A stretch of 64,000 nucleotides of DNA, from positions 21,082,001 to 21,146,000 of the forward strand of contig NC_087436.1 of NCBI RefSeq assembly GCF_036321535.1, given 5' to 3'. This DNA is from Camelus dromedarius. Taxonomy: Eukaryota. The translations under genes and the position numbers were made by a program. This document shows positions 53,626 through 64,000 of this stretch, piece after piece. The first letter of the stretch is position 1. Every line of letters starts with the position of its first letter. Below the pieces are notes generated by a model, which saw nothing but the letters and a program-made list of their open reading frames with translations, searched no databases and was not told the DNA's origin.

Positions 53626-54087
53626 TTTTTAATTGAAGTCAGTTACAATGTATCAGTTTCTGGTGTATAGCACAATGTCCCAGTCATGCATATACATACA
53701 TATATTTGTTTTCATATTCTTTTTCATGAACGGTTATTACAAGATATTGAATATAGTTCTCTGTGCTCTACAGAAGAAATTTGCGTTTTTATATCTATTT
53801 TTATATTTAGTGGCTAACATTTGCAAATCTCAAACTCCCAAATTTATCCCTTCCCACCCCCTTTCCCCGGTAACCATAAGATTATTTACCATGTCTGCTA
53901 GTCTGTTTCTGTTTTGTAGATGAGTTCATTAGTGTCCTCTTTTCTTCTTTTTTTGATTCCACATATGAGTAATATCATATGATATTTTTCTTTCTCTTTC
54001 TAGCTTACTTCACTTAGTAATGACAATCTCTAGGTCCATCCACGTTGCTGCAAATGGCACCATTTTCTTCTTTTTTATGACTGAGTA
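53626..54087 (-). mobile_element. 5'-truncated L1 3' end with TSD, about 110 bp downstream of the 53265 exon
   Basis: TSD taaaggaatttt at 53614-53625 and 54088-54099. Highly similar to 18578-19055. Confidence 0.93.
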
Positions 54088-54510
54088 TAAAGGAATTTTC
54101 GATACTGTTCCTTTTCCAAAGGTGCTGAGTAGCCTTTCAAATACACAGATATCACCAGCACTAAGGACAACGTAGCAGTGCAGGAAGATTAAATATTTGT
54201 ATATGCGTTTGTTCAAATAAAAAAAGCACATCCCAAGGAAGAGACCTAAGACTGATAAGGAAGCTGAGAAGAGGACCTAGATTAGGTATCTGATCACCCA
54301 CCAGGACTGCCCCACAAGGACACTCATCTTCACAGGACAGGGAGCCTCCCTCACAGCAAGTACATGAGTCTTCAGATGGTCTAAGGGTACCATGGAGCTC
54401 CATATGTAGGCATCCAGACTTCTCTTCCAGCCCCACCTGGCAGGGATTTTGGCTCCAGTCCCATCTGAAACTCAGAGCTAGAGAAGAAGAGAGGGCTCCC
54501 CACTGCTCAA

Positions 54511-54545
54511 ACTGTAAGAGGTAAGTGTGCCTTATAATTCAGATA
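54511..54545 (+). repeat. 35-bp direct repeat, copy 2
   Basis: Identical to 53126-53160. Confidence 0.95.
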
Positions 54546-56311
54546 ATTCAACCCCTCCCACCCTCAGACTCAATAAGAATCAAGCCCAGTATTATTTTCT
54601 TAAGTCTCAATTGCCTTTTCTACAAGAAGCACTCCTAAGAGAAAATATTGATGAAGGTGGGGCCAGGATCAGACTATTTCATTACTAGTCTCAAATTAGG
54701 TTGCCCACTTCATCTCCCCAACATGTGTCTGCCAGGACTTGAGGGCTGTGAGTTGCTGTGTTCAGATCTAGGCAGGATTGGACTGGTCTCCGATTACAGA
54801 GCCCAGGTTTGTGTGATACAGCACAGAGCTTCCATGAGGCGAGAGCTATGTCAAGAGATAAACCAGATCAAGTCGAGGTTGGAGAGTGTATATACTCTCT
54901 AGTTGGGGATGGCCAAATGTATCATATATTAAGTTGTTCTAGAACAAAGGAAAATATGAGTGAGATTAAAGTTCGTTTGTTTTTAGTTAGTTTAGTTGGT
55001 CTCCTAAATGCGTTTGCTTGTTGATATCACACCTGTGGACAAGATCTCAAAATGTACAATAGGCCAGTTTTGGTCCACTGAAAAAAAGTTGTCAAGCACT
55101 AAGTTCAGTTCCAAAACATATTTTCACAAGTATCAAGGGCTAGGAGTAAGTATAGACCCTGAAGTCTATGTTCTGTTCATCGTGTACTTTCTTTTCAAAA
55201 ATTGCCCCGTTAGATTTAAGATAGTGATTGTTTTTCTTAAAATAAGGTGTAGGAATTTTCAGTATACGCCATAGAAATTTAGCATTTGTATTAGATTTTC
55301 TGTTACACCAAAGAGAGATTAGGGAGTGTCTACTAAGACTATTAACCTTGACTATGTAGTTTTTTGGAAAGAGAAATGTTACAATCTTATATATAAATTA
55401 TCTGTTGTTTTCCCCACAGAAGAAAAGGAGGCTCTGAGTAAATTTAACTGGTTTTGACTTCTGAAAAATCACTGCATAACCAAGAAAAGAATGACAATAT
55501 GGTGTGATGTGGTGTTTGAAGCCTAATTGAAAGACGAGATTTTTTTTCGAAATATCAGGGTTAGGATTAGGATTATGGCTAGCGTACCTACCTCTTACTG
55601 AGACGTCAGGAAAGGGTTACCTGGACCAAGTTCTAAAGACCAAGAAGTTGTTAGGCAGGCAAAAGAGAAGAGAAAGAAGCAAAGTTATGGAGGCAGGGAC
55701 TTTTTTTTACACTGTTCTATATTCTCTTCTTCATAGTAGCTCTTTCCTTTATGACTACTTCTCAGTTTTCTATAGTGATGTGGAATTAACATGAAAAAGT
55801 TGACATCTGTATCCAAATAGCTTCAAATTCCTCTTCCCTTCACTGCCACACCTTTTCCTGAAGCCAAAGAGTGATGCCAGTACCATATCAGTTCTCTTTC
55901 CCTGCCGGACCTAGTTATAGTCAAAGTACGCAAGGGAAGAAATGGGAGAGAAAGGAAGGAGATTGGGGAGGGAGATGATAGAGTGAGGAAAGGTTGAACT
56001 GGGGGCTCTTGAATCTGGGGTACCACTACCTGTCCAGGTAACCTTGGGCAGGTGAAGGTATAGAGGTTCCGTTTCCCACTCCATAAAATAAGGAGGTTTC
56101 AATGGGTTATCGCCTGAGATCCTTCCAACTCTGTCATTTGATCATTCTTGAAGTCATCTTAAGATCTGCAGCACAACCCACACTTATGAAATGAAGTATC
56201 CTGTAGACTATTTGAGTTTTTTCATTAAAATGTTATCATGGACTTTAAAAATCTGTGCCAAAATTTTATTCCTAACAAGTCAGAAAAAGAAAGGAGCTAA
56301 TCACTGAACTT

Positions 56312-56832
56312 GAATGGTCTTGTGATTTAAGCTGTTCATTTTGTCTTCTGTTTCTCCAAGGCCTCTCCCTAGTAAACGAATTCTTACTGTTTGACTCATG
56401 CTCTGCTTTCCTACTTGGGTGCTGGGAGACCCCAAAATAATGTGTCCATACCCTACATAGTCTTTTATGCTTTAACATTTTCCAAGCATACACTGCATTA
56501 CACTTTGATAAAGAATTTGATTTTGTGTTTTAAAATCATCCCCAAAAATTAAAGCAAAAGAAAAGAGTAAGATTGTACACTTTGCTATAAGCTTAGAAAA
56601 AGCCAGTGTCCTCTGATTGACACCCTCTCCTTAAAGGAGACTCCACATGGACAGCAACTTCATAAGCAGGATATTGTTTGATGAGCGTGGGATCCTAGCA
56701 ACACCATCAAGTCAATAGAACCAACTCTGTCTTGAGCAGAAACAACAGAATGGTCTTGTGATTTAAGCTGTTCATCTTGTCTTCTGTTTCTCCAAGGCCT
56801 CTCCCTAGTAAATGAATTCTTACTGTTTGACT
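56312..56832 (+). repeat. 85-bp dispersed direct repeat pair (56312-56396 and 56748-56832)
   Basis: The two copies differ at 2 of 85 positions. This explains the shared peptide in minus-strand ORFs 56272..56493 and 56660..56860. Confidence 0.95.
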
Positions 56833-58529
56833 GTCCTAGACCCTCACGGTCCATAGTCAAAATATTCTTTCTCTTAACATGGCTGAAAACAAGCAGCCCA
56901 TTCTTTACGTTCTTTTGGTTGCGTTCTCTTTCCTAGGTTCCATGCAGAGTGAATGTGAGCTGAAACAGTTGGTCATGCTACAGATGTGACCGTAACTTAC
57001 CTAGCCCCCGTCTCCTGAAGCTGCAAGGTGACATTACCGTAAGCCCAGCATGACTCTACCCAGTGACTGCCCTGTAACATCTCAATCTCCAGGGTCAGAA
57101 TTAATGCCATTTCAGATACTAGTTCTGCAAACTATGAAGGTGTGATGTCCTCCATCCCCCTGTTCAGGTGCCCCACAGGCACCCATTTACCCACTGTCCT
57201 TGGATGACTTCTATGGGTGCTGCTTTAGTCTCTAGACTATAGATAGTCACAGATTTTGCCACTCATGATGCTAATGGTTCCTTTGAATGGTGCCATTTAT
57301 TTTGGCCTTGAGGAAACAATCACAGTGATTATTAGCTTGATTATACTGCTACTCGATTATAGTCTTTTGGAAGCGAAATGACAATTTCCCTAATTCAGTT
57401 TTTAAGCATTAAGCATTGATCAGATTCTAACTCATGGTATATCATGGGAAGCAGTTTAGTTGTCCTTTCAGCCAGAGATAAAAATGTGTGTCTGATGAAA
57501 TGGACAATTTAAGAAAAAAATTGGGGAAAGTGCACATTTTCCAGGGTCAGGATTTTACATGTAATTTGGCCCTGTCTGAGCACTTGTTAAATACCGCTAA
57601 TGCTTTCTTCGTGCAGAAGTGTCAAGTCCATCATCTGGTAGCAAAAGCACATTTTCCTTTGGGCCAGGTGATGACACAATATCCAGCAGCCTAACGATGT
57701 ACCCCAGCAGCTCCAGGGTTGGAATTAGGATGAAATGTTTTTGTTCTGTTTAGCTAGACTCTGGGAAATGTTTGGCTTCCTTAAACAGAGATCAAATAGC
57801 CCCTTGTCAAATAGATCACCTGCAGGAATGCCTCTGTAAAAGCAATTGCCAAGGGATAGTGCTAAGAAAAGAAATGGTACGGACAGAGGCAACCTAACAA
57901 CCGAGGACCCTGCACTGCCATGGGACCCATTATAAAAAAAAATCAGCTCCTGAGGGCAGAGGCCACAGAATATGGCCAATCAGTGTTAGCTGAACATATG
58001 CTCCTTAGACTTCACATGCATGCACCTGGCTTAAGACGCTAGCTTCCACCTGCCCCGTAACAGGGGCAAGATGGAGCTGAGGGCACTTGTTAATTACCAC
58101 TGTGTGTCTGTTCTGTATACGAACACTTTATAGCAGGTCCCTGCTTATCTGCTGAAGACATTTCCTTCCATTTTCAGGATGTGATTTGAAAACTCTTGTA
58201 GTCTGCCACAAAAAAAAAAATGATGTCATTTCACAGGGGGCTATTAATTTTGTCCTGAAGAAATAAGATTTTTATAACATGCATAAAATTTGCCTATAAA
58301 GATTGCCAGCTAGATTAGTGTCTTTGTCATTAAATGGACGTCTAACACAATGGTGATGGATTTAAGAAAACACTGTAAGGGAAAATTATGCATAAACAAA
58401 GTGTCATTTTGGCAAAATCAGCACATCCAACTTTCTTTAAAAATGTGGTTAATACTGTTGCTATGGACCAAGATAAACTTCAGCACATTAAGTGTTTTTT
58501 TAATAATAATTCCCCTCATTTATTTTTGT

Positions 58530-59050
58530 CCTTTTCTGCTATTATAAAATTTATATACGGTGAATGCACATATTGTAAGTGTACCACTGGATTAATTTTG
58601 ATGGTTACAAGTACCTGTGTAAATACTACATAGTCAAGAATCTTTCCATCACGTCAGAAAGCACCCTTGTTCCCCTTTCTAATTAATTCTGTCCCATGTT
58701 TGGATTTTTGTTACCATAGATTTATTTTCCCCGTTTTTGTACTTCATATAAGTGGAATCATAGAGGGTTGACATTTTTATTTTTCTGGCTTCTTTAATTC
58801 AACACTTTAATTTTCAACAACTTTAATTCAACTGTGAGATTCATTTAAATTGTTGCATATACCAGTGTTCCTTTTTTTAAGTCCCTGTCTAGAATTCCAG
58901 TCTGCAACTTCTGCATCATCAGCATCCCCCACCAGCATGCTACCTTTGTTACAATTCATGAACCTACATCGACACATCATTATCGCCTGGAGTCCATAGT
59001 TTACATTAGCTTCACTCTTGGTGTTTGAGTTTATGTGAGTTTGGACAAAA
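58530..59050 (-). mobile_element. Old L1 (L1ME/L1MC-like) 3' fragments
   Basis: ccatagatttattttccccgtttttgtacttcatataagtggaatcata; tttgttacaattcatgaacctacatcgacacatcattatc...agtccatagtttacattag. Confidence 0.65.
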
Positions 59051-59439
59051 AAAAAAAAAACCCATGTTTTTAAAACTTGAAAGACATGTTGCTGTGCTGT
59101 AAACCCCAGGAAACCATTCGGAAAAATGAGTATCATTATGTCTTATAAGGCTAGTTATATTATAATACAATTGTTACAGGCTTTTAAAGTAGAAAATTTT
59201 TATTTCAGTTCTTATTCTTCAACTTGGGTACTTTAGTCCAATTTATGCAGCTTAAGTTTCATAAGATGTATTTTGGTTGTTTTGCCACTGTTACTTGCAT
59301 GTATCTTAAATTTCTGGATATGCATGCTGCGTTTGACATTGTGATCACTCATATTTTCCAGTTTGCTTTAATCTCTTGATTTTCCTGGATCTACTCCTCT
59401 CTCTTCATCAGTCTCTCTCTTTTTTTTTTTTTTTTTTTT

Positions 59440-60435
59440 TTGAGCTCCTTCCCCTCTGCCAGTCACCCTAAGGGTTGATATCCCCACTACAGTTCTCTTT
59501 ACTCATTCACTTTGTATGGTCATACCATCTAATACAGGATTGACCACAACTTCTGTGCTTAGGACCCCCAAATCTCATCTGCAGCCCTGATCTGGTTTTT
59601 GAACTCCAGGTTCACACATGAAAGCCTTTCTAACCCTGACCAAGACTGTTTCCCCTCCTATATTTCCAGCTGAGTTAATGATGGTCCCACCCTCACACCT
59701 GCAGGGCATCCCAGAAGCCACCTACATCCACTCACTGGCTGCTGCTCAGGACACTTACCACATCTATCTCTTCCACTCCATCCCTAGTACGTGCATAGTT
59801 CAAACCACCCTCAGGTCTCACTTGGATAATTGTGATTACTTCCTAATCAGCAGCCCTAACTCTTCCTTAAATCTGTGGCTCCCACTGAAGTTAGACAGGT
59901 GTAGAGAAAACAAAAAACCAGCCACCTTACCACTGCTTAAAATTGGTTCCCACATTCTACAGAGAGTCTAGAAAGTGAAGTCCCATCTGCTTAAAATGGA
60001 TCCAGGTTTCTGCAGGATCTGGCAGGACTTTCCACTCTAAACTCATTCTCTGCTTTCCTCCGCTCTCACCTGACACATTTCTAAGAAACACACTCTTGTT
60101 TTCCTCCCAAAATGCTAGGATTTTTCATGTTTCTGTGCCTTTTTTCATATTAGCCGCTGTTTGGAACATTCCTCCCACCTTTCTCATTGGTCAATTCCTA
60201 TTTATTCAAGTCCAGCACAGCGTTATTTCTCTTAAGCCTTCACATTCTGAGCCTCTAGATGGGTTCCTCCTCTTGTCAAAGCACTCAGGGTTTAGCTGAT
60301 TGGCATTGATGTGGCTGTTCTGTTATGTGAGAAACACCTCAACAGCAAGGATGCCCAGCTCTGTACATCCCCAGTAACTAGCACAGTTAGAGCACATAGA
60401 GAGGATGCTCAACAGGTGTCTCTTTAACTGAACTA
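59440..60435. mobile_element. L2 LINE relic
   Basis: Pyrimidine-rich L2-type phrases (caaatctcatctgcagccctga; ctcacttggataattgtgattacttcctaat; tacatccccagtaactagcacagt...gatgctcaaca). Confidence 0.6.
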
Positions 60436-62014
60436 AAAAAAATTAAATTTGATTTCATGAAGCCAGATGCGGAAGAACTGATGTTGACTCATAGGCATTG
60501 CCTCTTTCTTTTCAAAAAATTCAGAAAATATTTAAATAAGCTGTTCTAGAATTTTTCTAGAGACTAACTTTACAAGTTTGTTTCTAGAATCTATTTTTTC
60601 TTCTGAAATAACTGAAAAAAAATTCTCCTATTCTCCACCTTTTGGCATCTATCCTGATCCAGGTAGTTTGACCAAGTTTACCAATAAGTTTGTCACTTCA
60701 CCTGCAAGTCCATTTTGGATCTTGGCATGAAATTTTTCTGAATCTGGACATTGAATTCATTTTTAATGATGGTTATATCTCTTTTGAAAGCTTCACTTCC
60801 TGCCTTGTCACATTTCTCCTTCCTATTTCCATTTAAAGAACAGTCTCTTTTGAAGGAGATAAAAACCCATCCAAGGGTGTGGAATCCATTTAACAGAAAT
60901 ATGATGTGGCCAAAACGTCATACTCTCAGAATTGCCCACCCTTAAGGGTTATTGCCAGTATCTCAGTTTTCTAGACAGGGCGAGGGTGAGGACGACCTGG
61001 AGGTGCTGCCGGGCTGCACAGAGCTGCCCTTTCCTCTCTGTCACCACATCTCCTGTTGCTCAATACGCAGAGCATCTTGGAAGAGTTTCGTGATTTTTCT
61101 TCTAAGTGACATTGTCCTCTTCTTATATCTTGTATCTTACTGTATTCAGAGAGGCTTAATTCTTACAATTTTTCTCTGAACAGTGATGTAACTCAATTTT
61201 TAAAAAAATCTTTCTTAGCTCTCTCCCTTCCCCAATACCAGACAGAATAAATTCTCTGCTTAAAAAAAAAAAAAAGAGCAGATAGCTTTGTCCAAACTTA
61301 AAAAAAAACTTTTGTAATAAGTTCAAAGTATATCAAAAGTAAATTAAGACGATCCACTTGATAAATTCCTGAGCACGTGTAACACACCAGCCCACCAGAT
61401 GATGTGTTCCTAAGGGTGCAAAGTCATGTGGGATGTGGTCCCTGATCTTGAGATGTCTGGAGGGCTCTGACAAAAAAGCAGAACAGTGTGTTGGAATGGT
61501 GGCTTTAACATGATAGCTTTTCAAATTGGCACTAAATCACAAGAGGGGGTCCTAAGGAGACCATCTGAGATACAGTGAACGGGGTCTGGTTCTACCTGGA
61601 AAATCTCAGTGTAGGAGATAAACTTACTGGCTGCTTTGACAGATGAGCAGGAGAGAGAGACTACATTAGGGTTAGGCAATATTCCTAGAGTTTATCAAGG
61701 AAAAGGACGCAGGAAGGTTGCAGTGGACCAGATGTAAGCCATGCATGCGATAGAGAGCCAGGATGGACCTGTCTTAGCTCTTGTCCAAAAGCGCCACCTA
61801 GAGGGATGAACAGTCCCCAGCACGAGCACTGCCAAGTGCTAATGGTTGAGGAAGGACTGTGACCAGCCAGAATAGAGATGCAGTCATCTTCATCAAGGGA
61901 GCTACAGGTGAGAAATTCCCAACTATGGGAGTGAGAGATCTCCAGAGAGGACACAGAAGTGCCCATGAGAGACAGAATCTGTTTTCTTCCATCTTCTAAG
62001 ACCAGGCCATTACA

Positions 62015-62089
<75 letters not shown>
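62015..62089. repeat. (AAT)25 perfect microsatellite, with a second short AAT run ending near 62120
   Basis: Directly visible; it produces the poly-Ile and poly-Leu pseudo-ORFs. Confidence 0.97.
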
Positions 62090-62091
<2 letters not shown>

Positions 62092-62122
62092 CATTAAAAA
62101 TTGTAATAATAATAATAATAAA

Positions 62123-62208
62123 GGGGTGCAGAACTCAGTGGTAGAGCATGTGCTTAGCATTCTTGAGGTCCTGGGTTCAATCCCCAGTACCTCCATTAAA
62201 ATAAAAAA
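62123..62208 (+). mobile_element. Vic-1-like SINE
   Basis: ctcagtggtagagcatgtgcttagcattcttgaggtcctgggttcaatccccagtacctccattaaaataaa. Confidence 0.88.
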
Positions 62209-62209
62209 C

Positions 62210-62433
62210 ATTGGGGAGAGTTTGATATTTGCAAATATTAACTACTATATATAAAAATAGATTTTAAAAATTTCTTCTGTATAGCACAGGGGACTATATT
62301 CAATATCTTGAAATAACCTTTAATGAAAATATGTGTGTGTGTGTATATATATATATATGACTGAGACATTGTACAGTACACCAGGGATTGACACATTGTA
62401 ACTGACTGTACTTCAATTAAAAAAAAATTAAAA
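62210..62433 (+). mobile_element. L1 3' UTR end
   Basis: gagtttgatatttgcaaatattaactactatatataaaaatagat...ctgtatagcacaggggactatattcaatatcttg...gtacttcaattaaaaaaaaa. Confidence 0.85.
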
Positions 62434-64000
62434 GGCCAGGGAGTATGGTCACTATGATGATACCTGTCAAGAAAGACCTTTCCTGCTGCTCTTGCGTCTC
62501 CTCCCTCTTTCCTGCGCCAAGCTTGAAGGTATCAGAAACATCCATGAGCAACATTGGGAAGATGGAATGAAAGTTCTGAGTCAGAAGAGAAGATGACCCC
62601 ATCCTTCTCTGAGTGCGGACCTCTCACCTGCGGTGCACCTGAGGCGAGCAACTAGCAGGTGTGACCAGTCACCATAGTTAGTGATGCAAAGTGTCCGAGG
62701 AGCACAGGGTAAGGGATGACTAACCTCTTGAAGGAAGTATGGATGGCTTCCCAGAGCACGTCACTCTTACTCAAGGTCTTACAGAATGGGGAGAAGTGTG
62801 TGAAACTGGCACATTGAACAGAGAGTTCCAGCTTAGAGAACACAACCAGCCAAGATGGAGGCCAAGATGACTCCAAGACGGAACCGAGAACCACACGCTG
62901 TCCTGGATGCATGTGAGCTGTTCAGTGTCACTAGGACACAGAACACAGTGTCAGGTGTGGTACCTGAGAACTCCAGAAAAAAACAGACTCGGGTCAGATC
63001 ATGAGAGCTTTTGTATACCGTGGTAAAACTTTTAGTAAAACTCTCCACAACATTAAGGGATCTATTTTAAAAATATATCCTGAGCAAATAATACCTATTA
63101 AATTTGATTTCTACCTTCCAAAATTTAAATGTAATTCTGACGTGCTTCTCTGTTGTGTTCTACTTGCAAAAGTGTCATCTCTCTAATGTGGATTTTCTCT
63201 CTACTGTGTCAGGGATCATTCCTCTGTGGTGAAGCTGCTTTCCTGGGGTTTACCTTGTTGTTGTTGTTTTTTTTTCTGCCTCTGGATTTCACAGTCCAAA
63301 AAAAATGGTCATTTCAAAACCTTTTTCGTGGCAGTACATCCAGTGTTACAGCTAAACCTTGTGCTGTGAAAGGTCAGCTAAGTCCATAGGCTGCTTTTTG
63401 GAATGTGGAGAAGCGGATGGATGGGTATATCTGCTTGGCCAAATCTTGGCTTTTCCTCCCATTGGAAGCTGTGTTCCTCTCTCCCACCCACCCTCAGAGC
63501 CTGTTGCCCACACTGGCTTCCTTCAGCCTTCTCTTTCTAGGGGGACCTTCTTTACTTCTGGGGGTAGCATTTCCAGCATCTCAGCTGATAGGATACCTCA
63601 GATTTCTGTCTATCTTTGTGATAAGCAAATATTAGGGGAAAGGGCACGGCAGTCCCTGGATTCAGAACCCTGGCTGGACTGTCCCTTAACACAAAGAGCA
63701 CTTCTCTCCTGAGAAAAAGCCTCCTAAATTCATCGCCGTCTTTTCCTCAACAGCAGCTGACTTGCCTGACTGATGGCTAGTTGGCCAGTTTTCCCCAACT
63801 GAGAAATTTCTTTGTGCAGTGGCGACCTCTTAAAGGAGAACAATGAGTGGAATTCTAACTAACTTTATCACACTACACATCCTGGAATCAAAGTTATGGC
63901 GTGAGACTCCTTGACGTGTTTTTTTTCCCCTGTGTTTTGTTTGTTTCTCCTCGAGCCTGTGGGATCTGTCAGGTCTGATGATTGTGACAAACATCCAGGG

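Noticed and set aside
55555..55582. Telomere-like repeat (tcagggttaggattagga)
   Set aside because: Only two or three degenerate units, which is expected by chance.
53126..56832. Direct repeats read as a CRISPR array or LTR pair
   Set aside because: Each has only two copies with spacers of hundreds of bp, the context is eukaryotic, and there are no TG...CA ends, primer-binding site or TSD.
57930..57982. TATAAAA plus CCAAT promoter
   Set aside because: The boxes are in the wrong order for a + strand promoter and there is no CpG island or other support.
61959..62211. Poly-Ile and poly-Leu ORFs
   Set aside because: These are translations of the (AAT)25 microsatellite and the SINE.
53517..64000. 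Further FREM3 exons (third Calx-beta domain)
   Set aside because: I found no matching peptide downstream. The next exon probably lies beyond the window; TBLASTN with FREM3 would confirm.

Overview
This is mammalian genomic DNA, most likely from a camelid: it carries seven copies of a tRNA-Ala-derived SINE resembling Vic-1. The window lies inside one + strand gene, FREM3 (FRAS1-related extracellular matrix protein 3). Five internal coding exons are visible (105-194, 36585-36731, 41262-41492, 44124-44249, 53265-53516). All have AG/GT boundaries, are phase 1-1, and join into an uninterrupted 846-nt frame covering the end of the CSPG-repeat region and two Calx-beta domains. Two of these exons are missing from the ORF track. 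The rest is intron, filled with L1, L2, MIR, LTR and DNA-transposon relics and microsatellites, and nearly all ORF-track entries are spurious or decayed L1 ORF2. I found no convincing new biological system. The best leads cluster around the last exon: an exact 35-bp duplicate carrying a perfect splice donor that defines a candidate 90-nt poison exon, and an inverted L1 pair bracketing the exon. There is also a three-level nested insertion (MER20 > SINE > ERV solo LTR). Repeat family names are from recall of consensus sequences, not from a search, and repeat boundaries are approximate unless a target-site duplication (TSD) is given.
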